Positions 1 to 20,192 of a stretch of 64,000 nucleotides of DNA are shown here, piece after piece. The notes below the pieces were generated by a model. The model was given only the letters and a program-made list of their open reading frames with translations. It was not told the origin of the DNA and searched no databases. Where the stretch lies: assembly GCF_009914755.1 (NCBI RefSeq), contig NC_060934.1. One strand, 5' to 3'. The stretch comes from the human T2T-CHM13v2.0 reference genome, Homo sapiens. The first letter of the stretch is position 1, and each line of letters opens with the position of its first letter. The position numbers and the translations under genes were made by a program.

Positions 1-2199
1 ATGCTGTGGAGTTGAATCCTGGAAAAATATACACTGGTTGTCTAATTTCCTTCCTAATTTTAAGAAGACTCATAAAAATCCTTGCCCTACCCTTCTTCTC
101 CTAGAAGACTCTCAGGGACCAAAAATACTTGAGAGGCATTTGTACTTAAATCCTATGTAGCGAGCTCCAGAAATACTTTTTTGGCTGTTAATTAACTAAT
201 TCAATGTTGATAAGCCTACTTAATGTACACTCCAGTAAACCAGTACATACAAAGAAACGTGGTCCTACCATCAAGGGGTTTACAGTAGCAGTAGGACAGA
301 AAAGTGATGAAATAAAGTCAACACAATGGAGCTACAAAAACAACTGCAAGAGCAGAATCTCAGAAGTCAGAACTCACTGAGAAGAGCATGGAAGCGGGTG
401 GGGAAAATACTTGGTAATAAGGACAGGAAACTGTTTCACCATGCTGGCCTTCAGTGTAAAGTCCTCTGAAAGCTGGCAATCTCCCCAAGTGCACAAATAC
501 AGATGTTTGCTCGTTTGTAACTCCTGAACCAGAGAGCCACTAGCTCAGAGGCATCATCGTGGGAAAGCCCCCTGCAGTTTTCAGAGATGTTGCCTTATGA
601 ATAATGGAAACTTTCAAGAATGATTTTGGTTTAAGAACAGGGATAAGTCCTTTTTTTAGGGTTGTGTATGTCAGCACTCTGCCCTGGTAAATTATCTGCA
701 GACAGCATAGTCTATCAAAATGAACTCACTGCTGTTCATTTTTCCTGCCTGCCATGCTGTGTATTAACTATCATCCATTATTTTAAAAACATTTCTGGAA
801 TCAAAGGTAAGAGCAAAAAGAAAAACAAAAGGGTAATAGGAGATAAATGCACTGCAAATGCTGGTCATACATGCTAGTAAGACAGGAAAAATATCTCATG
901 GGGAAAAACAAAAGCCAATTTTTCCATAACAGCAGTAATATTCACAGGCTTGAATGCTTCCAGGAAGCTTAGGAAAGCACAGGGTTTGGGGACGTTGACA
1001 GTTATACCCTGGGGATGTTCTCATGGGGAAAGGTGTCAAGCAGATCATTAGTCAATTTGATCCCCCATTTACAAAGCACTGATGTTATGTGAATTTTTAT
1101 CCCCTTCCATACACACTGGTAGAAGCATACTATAGTATTAATATAGTCTACAAATATATTATTATTTTTGAGAATTACATGATTTTTTTGATATATTTGA
1201 GTATATCCTGAAATTTTTAAAAAAACAAAGTAGAAAGCATTGTCTTGAGTAAAAATAACTTCACATTTGGCTGCTGATTGCTCCCCTGATACCATGCATT
1301 TGGCATCAAATCCCCCTTTCCTGAAGCAACTCACAGCACTACTGTCACCTGTGTTATTACTGGAATCTTAAATTGTTATTTAACTTTGTCACTGGTGACA
1401 AAGAAAAGGTATACCTTGCTGCCTTAGAGTGATAGTGATCTTTCTCCCCAGTTCCCACCACATGTGTGTATGCCTGTCTCCAGCTCAACTTATGCTTGCT
1501 TCTTGGACAAAATGACACCTTAGCAAGACTCAGGAAAATGAAAATGTTAACTATCCAAGAGAAACAAAGCACCATAATTCCAAGAAATCCAGACCAAGTT
1601 TTGCTCTAAGGACACCCTTGACAAACATGCAAAATGAGCTTGTCTGCTCTGCCTTCTGTAGAATCAGAAGCACCTTCAAGGTGAGCACTCCCCTCGCAGC
1701 AATGGTAAATTTTAGCTGGTTTGTGCCAACACAGTTGCAAGCTAAATGCTTAACTGGGGATTAGACTCCAATTCAAACCACTTTCCAGGCACTGCCTCCT
1801 CACTTTATAATGTTATAGAATGATTATCAATAGCTGTGATTCTGAAACCAATCTGAGACCCGGGCCTCTGCAATTTAAAGCATATCAGTGATCTCTGTCA
1901 ACATTAATTTTCCCCATCCTAATTTGTATTTCTTTCACACCACAAAGGGATCTAAGTTTATGATTTACCTGGACAGCACGATCGTGTTCAGGTCTAAATG
2001 CAAAAGAGATTACATGTAGATGATGAATTTGCATCCTTGTAAATGCAGAATATTTTAGCCATGACAAATGGCAAGATGGGAGAACATGTTCACTGAAACT
2101 AGGAAGCCCAGAAATAAGGTATCAGCAACACTAATGAGCAGCTCAGTCAAGCAAACCCCAGAAAAATAATGGGCCAAAGTTCATCGATTCTCTGTATTT

Positions 2200-2353
2200 T
2201 CCAGATTAAAATCACCTGGGTAGCTTTTACACTACCTGTGTCCTGGGATCAGTCCTAGAGATTCTGATTCAATTGGTCTTGGGTGGGGCCACACATATAC
2301 TATTTTAAAATGTCCCCCAGAAGATGTTAATGTTCGCAGGATTGACAGCCACT
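2200..2353. mobile_element. MER5-family hAT-Charlie DNA transposon remnant
   Basis: aatcacctggg...agagattctgattcaattggtcttgggtggggcc...ttgacagccactg resembles the MER5A/MER5B consensus (recalled). Confidence 0.7.
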
Positions 2354-2419
2354 GAGTATAAAATGTATTTAGCATATTTCCAGGCTTAGGATCAATAGAA
2401 TGGTAGCTAAAATACAATC

Positions 2420-2540
2420 AATGATTTATTAATTCATTGATTTATTAAACAACTAGTTAATGAGTACCACTATGTGGTAACTCTGGTGCTACAAGGCCAA
2501 GAAGTTGCAAACTAAACACTTACTCTCAAGGAGTCCAATA
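2420..2540 (-). mobile_element. L2 3' end remnant
   Basis: attcattgatttattaaacaa..taatgagtaccactatgtgg..ctctcaaggag matches the typical L2 3' end pattern. Confidence 0.55.
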
Positions 2541-2716
2541 GTGAAACACAATGATATCTGAACAGACAGTTGTATCCAGGATGCCCCCCCACCCCCAGCT
2601 ATGGCAGAGGAAAGCACAAAGGTCAAGTTTTACCTGCTCCAACTCCCAAGTAAGGATAGCTAACACCCACAGAGGACTCTACAACTTGTAGAGCACACGG
2701 AGCATCATTAACTTTA

Positions 2717-4045
<1,329 letters not shown>

Positions 4046-4059
4046 AAAATAATTTTTGG

Positions 4060-4100
4060 AATACCCACTTACAAATGAGGAAACTGAGACTCAGAAGCAT
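4060..4100 (-). mobile_element. MIR core fragment (continues the MIR at about 2655-2750)
   Basis: cccacttacaaatgaggaaactgagactcaga is the MIR core. Confidence 0.7.
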
Positions 4101-4565
4101 TTAGGTATTTTATAGTTAGCTCTTTTCCCAGTTAGCTTTTACAATCAGAAGAGCTGAGTTTCAGTTATGTTTCTACCTCTTAGAATGTGCCTAGAGGGTC
4201 CTTAAAATATTTACTCTTCACTGTAACCTAATTGATCAAATTATTATTATCCCTAATATAGAATATAGAAATAAATGTCCAAAGAGATATGGAAACTTGG
4301 TGGAGATAATATTCTAATATTTACCATTTTAAGTCCTCTAATTTAGTAGTCACAAAATACCTGGCTTCCTACCTGCAAAATGATAGTGGGTTGACCTGTC
4401 TGGGTCTACCTGCAGTCAACCAATAATGAGTTATAATGGATACATTTTTTAAAAAAAATTCCTAGAAGAAATAGGAACAGCAATGTTTTATCATTAGCAT
4501 TCCAAAATATGCAAGGATACCTGCTGTAAACAAGGCAAATATTTGGGGCAGCAATTATTAGAAAT

Positions 4566-4715
4566 GTAGAATGTTAGAGCTAGGTTGAAAATCAGCCTGT
4601 CTAGTACAAATTCTTTTTCTTAAAAATGAGAAGACCAAGATTCTATGAAATAAAACAATTTGCCCAAGATCACACAATTAGTGGCAGTGCTAAGTTTAGA
4701 ACACAGGACATGCTC
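4566..4715 (-). mobile_element. MIR/MIR3
   Basis: agaatgttagagct...atttgcccaagatcacacaattagtggcag. Confidence 0.7.
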
Positions 4716-6117
4716 ACACCTACTCTCAATATGCACAGAACATACTATTTACTTCTCACAGGATTCATCAAAGTGATAATGTCCCTTTTTACTGTTTTGA
4801 TTGTCTTTGCAAAAGTTTGAGGGAAATTCAAGTAGGTGAAGCTATTTCAATTTGCATTTAGAATTTCTAACATTTCTAGAAAGTACTTTGAAACTTGAGA
4901 ATTAAATTTAAGAACTGGTAGCCTGTAAACTCAAATTACCCCTATTATCATCTGATTGGAGCACATCTGAATGTTAACTATTCTTTACTGCCTCCTGAAA
5001 ATCTGCAAAAGTGATCTTTGCAGTATGGTGCAGGAAGCTATCTATTCTTAAATACTGACTAATTGCTGAAAATCTCACTTCCCCTTTTCTCTAATTTTTG
5101 ACTTGGCCTCAAGCCATCAGTTGTGCTTAGACTTTGGGACACAGCCCTTCACCAGTCTTTTTCCTTCCTGTTTCCATTTACATCCTGACTGGTATCTCAT
5201 GGGCACTCAGTTGCATAATCTTCTAAGGCAAACAACAAGATGGTTGCTAACTATTCCATGGAATCCTGTTCCCAGAAACAGCACAAAACTGAGATGAAAT
5301 GCAGTGAAGAGCTACTCAAGTCCAAGACAGGAACATAGATTTGGTTAGACAATCTCAGAGCAGGCTTTTTCCTAACCCTAGTGCATCTTTCAGTGGACCA
5401 ACACCAATACCTTCTGGCATCAAGCAGAGAAGAATGTATGGAACATGCCACTAATGGAGGGAACTCACATTTAATGAGATCCTACTATTCATCTGGAGCT
5501 TCAAATATCTTCTTCCTTGCAATAAGTCTATATGAGATAAATATGTGAGGGAATAAGTTTTTGTGAATGCTGGCAGAGCTACTGTTCAGGAATTTCCTGA
5601 ACTCTGATTTCCTCCAAAGATCAGGTATGGCCTTGATGATGAGAAGACTGGCATAAAGCCCTGAGAAAAGTTGTATCTTCATTCCCTTAAGAGGAAGCAT
5701 CAACTGCAAAGACTGCTCTTGAATATAATGCAAGGTTCAACTCTAAGGGGATAATGGAAAACAAAATAGTTGACTTCTCAGATATGGTAGGAAACTATTC
5801 TTCAAGGACAAAATTACTAGCAATTCTTCATGACCACTCTACTTCTGATAAACTTATGCTGTGGTTAAATACTATAAACTCAATCTAATCTTAAACTAGC
5901 ATATATGTGTCCACTCCAGTCTAAAATGCAGAAGTACTAATAACCCCATTTACCAGATGATACGGTTTGGCTGTGTCCCCACCCAAATCTCATCTTGAAT
6001 TGTAGCTCCCATAATCCCATGTGTCATGGGAAGGACTCATTGGGAGGTAACTGAATCATGGGGGTAGGTTTTTCCCATGCTGTTCTTGTTATAGTGAATA
6101 AGTCTCAGAAGATCTGA

Positions 6118-6423
6118 TTTTTTTTTTTTTTTTGAGATAGAGTCTTGCTCTGTTGCCCAGGCTGGAATTCAGTGACATGGTCTCAGCTCACTGCACCCTC
6201 CGCCTCCCAGGTTCAAGCAATTCTCCTGCCTCAGCCTCCTGAGTAGCTGGGATTTACAGGTGCCCACCACCATGCCCAGCTATTTTTTTTTTTTTTGTAT
6301 TTTTAGTAGGAGAGGGTTTCACCATGTTGGCTAGGGTGGTTTTGAACTCCTGACCTCAAGTAATCCACCCTTGTCGGCCTCCCAAAGTGCTAGAATTGCA
6401 GACATGAGTCACTGTGCCTGGCC
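6118..6423 (-). mobile_element. AluS
   Basis: Full reverse Alu; TSD atctgat. Confidence 0.96.
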
Positions 6424-6584
6424 AATCTGATGGTTTTATAAAGGGCAGTTCCCTTGCACATGCTCTCTTGCCTGCTGCCATATAAGACATGCCTTTGCTC
6501 CTCCTTCACCTTCCACCATGATTGTGAAGCCTCCCCAACCATGTGGACTGTGAGTCCACTAAACCTGTTTTTCTTTATAAATTA

Positions 6585-7103
<519 letters not shown>

Positions 7104-9294
7104 TCAAATCAATGAAGAAAGCAGGTCCAGGAAGTAGAGAGAAGAGGGACCAAAATTCAAAATCTCAATCTGCTCTAGTGTACAGGCCTATTTCAGGAAC
7201 TTAGCACATCAAGTTGATGTTTGTCATTATACACTGGCTTGGTAGCTACACCTTGATCTTTGCCCTACTACAACGAGTCTAATAAGAAAAATGGCCTGAA
7301 GATATTTTCAGTCTGATGATATCCTGTAGAGTTTTATGTTTGGAGAGATGGGGAACATGGATGACTTAGTTCCCAAGAGCAGAAGTGGCAAATTGATGGA
7401 CCTCAGGCCACCACGCTAGCTAGTATAGCTAAGCTAATCAGGACGACCATGGATACAGCCATTACAGATGCACCCTGCATCCTGCAGTCCAGACAGTAGC
7501 TGATCTCACACTATTCCTTCCTCCTTCCCACATGCTTCCTGGTGACAGGAGGAGCAATTGTATCATGTGCTTAGATGGCCCAAAGAATAAGCAGGCAGCA
7601 ACCATTTGAGTAACAGTTTTGCGGTTCTGTAGATTCCATAAAACTACTCAAATAAACAAACAAAGTGGTTATTCTAAGCAGAGTCCACAAATCCCTATGT
7701 CATATCAGCATCAGAACATCAACCCCTGACTTCTGGGGAGCTGCCAAAATGGGAACTCAGAGGCCAGACCTCTATTAACAGTGCAGCACTTGGTGTCAGC
7801 AAAACTCTGACTGCTAAGGTTATTGTAGGCTGGGACATCCTGCTGCCTAGCAAAAGTATAGTCTCCATGTTGTGACATTAATTTGTTAAGTTTTGAAGAG
7901 AGAGATTATTGGGACTGTGTTTTTGTAACCCTAAAGGGAAAACGTCCCATGTAATGTAGAAGGAAGAGAATAGTGTAAATTCTGACTCGTTTTTGAGGTC
8001 AGAAGTGATAGATTCCTAATTGGGAGAAGGGCAATACCAAATTTAAGAAAAATAATCTAGGAAACTGACAGATAATGGCAAAATTAGAAAGAAAACTGAC
8101 ATCACAATAAATACCAATCAAGTTCCAAAGATTTCCGGACATTTCCCTTGCCCCAGCAAAGAGAATGTATTCATCAACCTGCAGGCATGGCTAATCCAAG
8201 TCTTCGATTATTTCAAAGGGTATACGTTTGGAATAATGCAATGAATATAAATTTCCCAATTAATTTGGTTTAGGATTGGAGATGGGGAAGACAAACTTGT
8301 GAAATTATCTTATTTCTTTCAAACTCAGATAGTTCACACTGGTCTGACTCAATGTTCTCATTCAAAAGGGGCGATGATGCAGGACATTCAAAGATAAATT
8401 CCTTTCAAAAGTCTTTTTAAAGTTTTGGTCCCCAGAAGTGATGGCAGAAATAAATATACATTTCTGAAAGAAAACGCAGTCCTGTGCCTTTCAGGAATTG
8501 ATTGCATCTCCTGCTTCTGCAAGCTAAGAAGTCATAATCCTCTGCAATCACAGATTGTTTGAAGCCAATAAACCAAAGGTGATGACCTTGCTAATACATC
8601 CCAGCAGGAGAAAGAAATAAAGCTGTGCTGAGGAATAACTCTTCAGCACACCATTTCCCTTTGGAAGGAGGAGAAGAGCTGAAAGCACCCCAGCCTGATT
8701 TATGGAGGAGCAGTACTGTATTTCGGAAACTTCACCTGAAATAAGAAAAAGGTTTTTCTAAAGTTCTCCAGTACTATTGCTCTCATCTTCCTCATCCTAC
8801 GATATAATGCCTGTTGAGCCATGGATACTCGCTTCAGTGCCACACATACCTCTGGTGGCCTTTGCTCAAAGTTGAGCCAGGTCCGTAGTGGAGACCTGTG
8901 TCCTGTTTCCTAAAGTGAACTGTCAGGAGACAGCACAAGGTGCAGCCCTTGGGACTGGGAATTCAATGCGCCAGACATTACATTTGTATTTGAACAAATG
9001 TACCTCTGCTTTAGCATTAGATAAGCTTCCAGCACTCACGAAAGCATCATTACAGACATTCAGCATAGCAGTGTCAAGCAACCTGCTGAAATTAAATTAA
9101 TATCTGTCACCTCCCTCAAGTGCAATGACAATAGATTAGAGCAAAACATGACATTTGAGTAAACTATATTCTGTTAACCATTGATTACTTGTGATAACTA
9201 ATATGGGACATGCTTTATATGAATTAAACCCACAGATGACACAGATAACATATTTTTAAAAAATCTCCTTTCCTCATTACATTTAACTTGGCGC

Positions 9295-9430
9295 TTCTTG
9301 TTACTGAACATACTACTATGCACCAAGGTCTGTACTTGGTGTTGGGTATACAAAAATGAAGAAGGTAGCATGTGTCCTTCGAAATGTTCCTGGTAAAGGT
9401 AAGAGATGAATAGAAAGTGCTTACAATTCA
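9295..9430 (-). mobile_element. L2 remnant
   Basis: ttactgaacatactactatgcaccaagg..tgggtatacaaaaatgaagaagg. Confidence 0.6.
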
Positions 9431-9526
9431 AACCAATACATTCAAAAGGAAAAATATGTAAAACAGAGCACATGAGCAGTAATTTATTCTCTGTGTGGCT
9501 TCTTTTTAAGAAGCCATTCATATCTA

Positions 9527-10150
<624 letters not shown>

Positions 10151-10284
10151 AGGCAAATTGAATAGAAGGGGAAAGGCATCCCCAGCAAAGACCACAGAAG
10201 TACAAGATCCAAGATTTGTGTTTGTCTGTTGGTGTTGTATTATTAATGTATGTTTAGTAGGTGATCCACACTCAACATCAGTGT

Positions 10285-10445
10285 CACCATAAGCCTATTA
10301 GATAAATATACTTTTTCTGATGAGGAAATGGAGCACAGAGACTTAAAAAAAAAATCTCCCCACAGTCTCAGAGCTAGTAAATGGACAGAGCCTGGATTCC
10401 TGCCCAGACAGCCCAAGGCCAAAGCCCACGTGCTGACCCATGACA
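10285..10445 (-). mobile_element. MIR
   Basis: gatgaggaaatggagcacagaga...gagctagtaaatggacagagcctggattc. Confidence 0.75.
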
Positions 10446-11349
10446 TGGATGGCCTTCCAAGGGCACGTGTTGCCTTGGCAGAACCTATAAGTAGTTCACC
10501 GTGGCTAGAACACACAATACCCTTCCTTTATTGAGAATTTTAGTAAGTGAAATGAACAATACCAAGGAATGTGGCTCCCAGTAGGAGAGGGATTGGAGAA
10601 GCCAAAGTAAGGTCAACTTAGACTCCAGAAAACCAAACTCTAAAAAATATATTTTTAACTATAAAAGGAAAAGAAATTTTGGAATGGGCTTCAGAGTAAG
10701 GAGCAGGGTAAAAAATGGTGACTAGCAAGAAAACCAGTATTACTTCAGCCTAATATCTGAGCGACTCACTCTGTGTTGACAATGGTATCACAGGGACTGC
10801 CGGTTGTGGTTAATCTGTAAGTCTTAGTTCTGGGAATAGACAGTTGCCTGGAGAAAATCTCCCATAACCAGGATGGAGAAGGCTGCTTAGTGTTCCCCAA
10901 AGGTGTGGAGGTGGGTTGTCACTCACAAATAACTCAGGGATGTGGGGGGAATTGACAAGTAGATCTAGTTGTTCCATATAAATGCAGAAAAATAGCAGTG
11001 CCTTCTCCTAGAGAGCTGAGTGAATTTCTTAAAAGTAGCTTTTATAAAAGGCTTTTCTGATTAACTCCACCTGCTCTGACCAGTTCCCATTCACAGAGTT
11101 CCCCGGGGACAAGACATGTTCCAAGTTTTATAATACAAAAATTCACACTCCTCTGGGTATTATTTTTTAAGTGTTCTTCAGGCTCTTAAATATGAATGGA
11201 TCGAAGGTCCTACTGTTTCACTGTTTGTCCTCCTCCCACCTCCGGCTTCCCTTTCTTCTTTCTCTATTTGGTCAAGACCTCTTATCTACCACTCAAGCCC
11301 CTCAGTTCCCCAACCTCTTGTCCTTCCTCCTGGAATCATAACCAAATGC

Positions 11350-14260
<2,911 letters not shown>

Positions 14261-15283
14261 CTTTGTGTTCCTAGAAGGTATGAAATTGTGTTCTGAGGAT
14301 CTTCTGACTTTCTTTGTGCCCAATACAGGACACTATACTCAAATAGCACTTAATTTTCATTGTTTGATTGCTTATTAAGCTTAAATTTTGACATAAAAGG
14401 ACAATCCAAAACAGTAAATACATAGGAAAGCCTTCTGAGGAACTATGAGGATGTGGAAGGTAACTGGATGGTGGTGATCTGTATCTCAAGGGACTTCACA
14501 GATGTAGAATTTTACCACGTGGTGTTCATACCAATGTACTAAAATGGGAATTAATATTCTAAATGCTTCCTGAATCTATAACCAGGTTTGATATCAGAAT
14601 GTCAGTTGCTTTGCTTTCTCTAGTAAAATTTTTTGCCTTTGCTTTCTCAGCTTATATTGGCAAAGTTATTAGGACCTCAGGACAGTGTTTGCTTTCTGTG
14701 TATTTCATCTATTACTTGCTAAAAGGAAAAGTGGGGAACTCAGCAGGGTGTCAATCACTGAGGCAAACAAGGAGAGCAGGGGTGCAAGCTGAGGCCAGAC
14801 TCTCACAGATGGTCTCACACATCTCAGGAAGGTCTATAGCATCTTTTGGATGAATACATGCAGATCCTTATAGAACGAGCTTTCACATGGTGAGTTCTAA
14901 GATTTTGTTAAAATCAAGGGGGCTGAACAGGAATGCCTAGAGCTCTGTGGAAATAACAGATTCCTGCCTTGAATCTCTGGGCTTTTCCCACTTGGCACTG
15001 GTTATGCTCTTCTTCTTTGACAGCAATGTCATGGAATTTCTCGAGGTCACGTAGCACATTATTCAGAACTGTATCACCTACACATAAGGCAGTAGGTTAA
15101 AAATTTAGGATAGAAACAAGTGTATGACATAGGCCTGGCTTTCAGTGACACTAAATCATTTCATAACATACTGCTTCAAAGCAAAAAGCATTTAATGATA
15201 CTTAATAAGACCAGTTCTATTTTGGGTGTGAACCAAATGAAAATAAGACATGGTCATAGTCTTTGGATTTCCAGGTTAGTATG

Positions 15284-15650
15284 TGATATGGTTTGGCTGT
15301 GTCCCTACCCAAATCTTGTCTTGAATTGTAGCCCCCATAATTCCCACATATCAAGGGAAGGATTTGGTGGGAGGTAATTGAATCATGGGAGCGGGTCTTC
15401 CCCTATACTATTTTCATGTTAGTGTGTAAGTCTCACGAGATCTGATGGTTTTATAAATGGGAGTTCCCTGCACAAACTCTCTCGCCTGTTGCCATGTAAG
15501 ACGTGGCTTTGCTCTTCCATCATTTTACACCATGACTGTGGGGCCTCCCCAGCACTGTGGAACTGTGAGTCAATTAAACCTCTTTCCTTTATAAATTACC
15601 CAGTATCAGGTATGTCTTTATTAGCAGCACGGGAACAGACTAATAATACA
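15284..15650 (+). mobile_element. THE1 (ERVL-MaLR) solo LTR, intact
   Basis: tgatatggtttggctgtgtcc...gactaataataca; perfect 5-bp TSD gtatg at 15279-15283 and 15651-15655. Confidence 0.95.
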
Positions 15651-15699
15651 GTATGGAAACAGACAAACATCACAATAACTTATGCATACATTTTACCCT

Positions 15700-15870
15700 G
15701 CATTTAGCACACTTCTGTAACTATCCACTGAAAGTCTGCTCTTAACTAGATTTGGGGTTTCTGTAGGACAGGAACAATTATTTACTTATATGCTTATTCC
15801 CACTGACTATCTAGTACACTGCTTGGCATGGCATACAGGTAGGTCTAAGAGATGTTTGTTGAACAAAATA
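15700..15870 (+). mobile_element. L2 3' end remnant
   Basis: ctagtacactgcttggcatgg..taggtctaagagatgtttgttgaac. Confidence 0.6.
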
Positions 15871-16394
15871 AATATACATCTGATAACCATTATAAGTCAA
15901 AGATACATAATTCACTACAAGATTAATGAGAAAGAAGCAATTATTTTTGCCTGAGGAGTGAGGGAGAAAGAGAGAGGTCCACAGTGCCACAGTCCAATAC
16001 ACATATGAAAAGATGATCACCATCACTTGTGGTCAGGAAAATACCCATTAAAATACACTGAGATCAAGACATCACTTTCATCCAAAATACTGATTTAAAA
16101 GTTACGTATTGAAAATTCCAGTCCTGATGAAAGCCTGGGGAAATCTGCAAACTATTATTGCTTGCACGTGTATGATTTGTTGCAACCTTCTTGGAATGTA
16201 ATCTCGAGTATCATTTACAATACAAATGCATTCATTTTTGATACAACAATATCATCTTAAGAATTCTATTGTACTTTATAAAGGTAAAATTACCAAAGTA
16301 AAAGGATATGTTTACAGATATGTTTATCGGAGCACTGTGTGTAGTAACAACTCTTGACGAAATGAACTAAAGATCTATCGGAAAGGTAATGGAG

Positions 16395-16920
<526 letters not shown>

Positions 16921-17353
16921 ATTAAGCATGCAGTTGTTTAATTCGATATACTGTACAATATGCATACTCTGGGATGCTTACAAGCCTGGCCCATTTTTTT
17001 CAATGCATTCATCTGGATAGACACCCAAGAGTCATTGGTAAGTGAAATAAATCAGGTTGTCATAATCCAGTGAATAGTATACTTCTATTTTCTTAAACAA
17101 ATGAAAAAGTAGACCTATGGTATGTATATATCTGTTGACACTTTTTAGTTGAGTCACAAAGATATGAAGAGAAAAAAAACAATAACTCACCACTACAGAT
17201 ATCAGGAAAGCTGAATCTAGGTGGTATGTAAGAAACTATTTACAGTTTTTTGAAAAAAAAAAATGTATCTGTGTTTTTTCTGGCTCATTGTAATGAGCAT
17301 ACATTACTTTTGTGATTTTTTTTAAAAAAACATAGTTTAGTAAAATAAATGTA

Positions 17354-17632
17354 GGCAGGGTAGAGTGGCTCACGTCTGTAATCCCAGTGCTTTAGGAGGC
17401 TGAGTTAAGGGGACTGCTTGAAGCCAGGGGTCCAAGACCAGTCTGGGCAACAAGGTGAGGCCCCATCTCTACAAAAAAATTTAAAAATTAATCTGGCACA
17501 GTGGTGTGTACCTGTAGTACCAGTTCCTTGGGAGGCTGAGGCTGGAGGACTGCTTGTGGCTGCAGTGAGCTATGATTATTCCACTGCCTCAGTGACAGAG
17601 CAAGACCCTGTTTCTTAAAAAAAAAAAAAAAT
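17354..17632 (+). mobile_element. AluJ (internally deleted)
   Basis: J motifs ctgcttgaagccagg, gctgcagtgagctatgat and gaccctg. Confidence 0.9.
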
Positions 17633-17640
17633 TAACTGTA

Positions 17641-17940
<300 letters not shown>

Positions 17941-19552
17941 TTAATTGTGTAAGTTCAGGAACCACAACCAGCTCCAAGTGACACAAATATGGAATGGGAG
18001 TTACAAAACACAAAAGAATCTAGAATCCAAAAAGCCACAATCCAGAACACCTCCGGATCCTGCCTGAACGCTTGACTAGCTCCCTTAGACTCTGGAGAGG
18101 TACTAAACATTTGTACGCACAGGTGTGAACAGCATCATTAAATCTGTGTGACATGAAGGATTCTCTTGCCTGGAAGTTATCACACTCTGGTTTTATTATT
18201 ATTATTTTTTCTTTTTAGGATGTGCATATAGCCTTGTGTTTGTAGCAGAGTGAAAACTGGATTTGGTAGCAAAACATCTTTCAAAGCAGGGACTAACAAT
18301 CTGACCCAAGCCACCCACTGCTCTTCCCCTGGACGTGGCGTGGAGGAGAAGGGAGGCGTTGGGACTCACTCACAGGGCTTGCAGAGGGCTAACAAACACG
18401 CAGGTGAGTTCCCTCCAGCCTGAACCTAGGGAGTTCTCCAGAGAGCACAGGCTGCCCTCATCCCTACACAGCCTCTGACTCAAGGCCATTATTCACAAAC
18501 ACTACTGGGGAACTTCTCTTGATAATCATGATGCGTAATGGCCACGAAATTGTGTCTCCTGAGAAAATGGAACAGGGCTGGCTACCAATACAGAATCACA
18601 TCAAAAGCCTAACACATTCTCTCTCCTTAAATTGCACTTGCTTTGTGCCCCTCCAAAAGCAGGTTTTGCTGTTTGAGAAGTACATACTTCTGGAGACCTA
18701 CTTAGAAGCCTGCTTGTGTCCCATGTGGATCTGAGAACAGGACACTGAATTTGAGAAGTCAGCCATGTCAGGCAACCTCTAAGATAGACAGACACTGCAG
18801 GTTGTGTGCTGCTTTAAGAGAGTAGACTTCCAGCTCCTTCCAGAATTGCCTAGGGCTTTCTCACCAGCTAAGCCTCTCTCAACAGAGTACTGATTGCCCT
18901 AGTATAACAGGGAAAAAAAAGATGAATATATTTCTTCTCAGAAGTACCATATTCTAGATTTTGACAATTTATCTATCTCAACCTTTAAGCTTATCTTGTA
19001 CCAATATGATAAAACCACCACGCTCTCCAATTCTCAAAGCTTAATCCACTATAAAGTGAAGACAATTTTAAGGTGCAGTGAATTGTTCTGCATCAACTCA
19101 TCCCCCTTTCCTCTCATTTTGACTCCCTGAGTGAAGAACAACACAAAACGAAACAAAAATCACCAACTTGCTCCAAGATTAATGTGTAATCAATGACAAG
19201 ACCAACCGGGAGCAAAAGCTCATTAATTTGGTACAGTGACATCTCGTTCTGTCTTGCCTGGTTTGTTGATATCCAGCAAGGCTTACAGCCCTAGGACATC
19301 ACTATAAGGTCAACAGCCTCTTGGCCTCTTGCCTACCCTACCACCTCAAGGGCATTTGCCAGTTGCCCCTTTCTGACTCTTCAGCTGCTAAAACTTGTAA
19401 AGAATAAGGGCTCAATTGAAAAGTGCACGTATCTACTTGTTGGACAAGAAGCCATTTCTCTGTCACCCAGTATTTTTCAGGAGTAAGGCAATTGCTGCTC
19501 AGAATGTTACAGCACGTAGAAAACCCTATTCACTCTGTATATGGTGTTTGTA

Positions 19553-19630
19553 CGTGTGTGTGTCTGTGTGTGTATATATATACACACAATACATATATAG
19601 ATATTATATAATAATATACACATATATTTC
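19553..19630. repeat. (TG)n/(TA)n low-complexity tract
   Basis: Direct inspection. Confidence 0.85.
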
Positions 19631-19699
19631 TATAAAATATCCTGTTGCTTGTTTGGGTATAGAAAGATCCACCAGAAGGCAGAGCTCTGGAAGACAGAT

Positions 19700-19900
19700 A
19701 AGCAATGAACGTATGGAGTTCAGTAACATGTCTGTAAGTCTATAGGCTACTACTTGCTAATTGTGCGACCTTGGGCACACCATAAAAATGAATTAAGAGG
19801 ATGTAATAACACATGTCTAACACTCAGCATCATGCCAGACACACAGTGAATACCCAATAAAGGTTTCCAGTATTGTCATTATTACCATTATCATTATTAT
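19700..19900 (+). mobile_element. MIR
   Basis: tacttgctaattgtgcgaccttgggca...cactcagcatcatgccagacacacagt. Confidence 0.7.
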
Positions 19901-20192
19901 CACTAAACGAGCAAGGTGTTGGGTTCAAGGACTCAAAGATGAGTTACGAAGAGAAAATATCCACATGAGGAAAGTAAAGAAGCAACACTTATCTCATATT
20001 TTTATTACAACACTTATGGTTGTGTGAAAGTCTATTTACATTATATCTGTCTTATTCTGGGATCTGGCATTTCCGGGCGGCTGCTTCAATAACTTATTCA
20101 ATACAATTACATAAGGAGGGATACATGCAAGTGTATTTCCCTCTCACCTTGACTGTCCACAGATCTTTGTCCCCCTCTAAAAAGGAACATCT

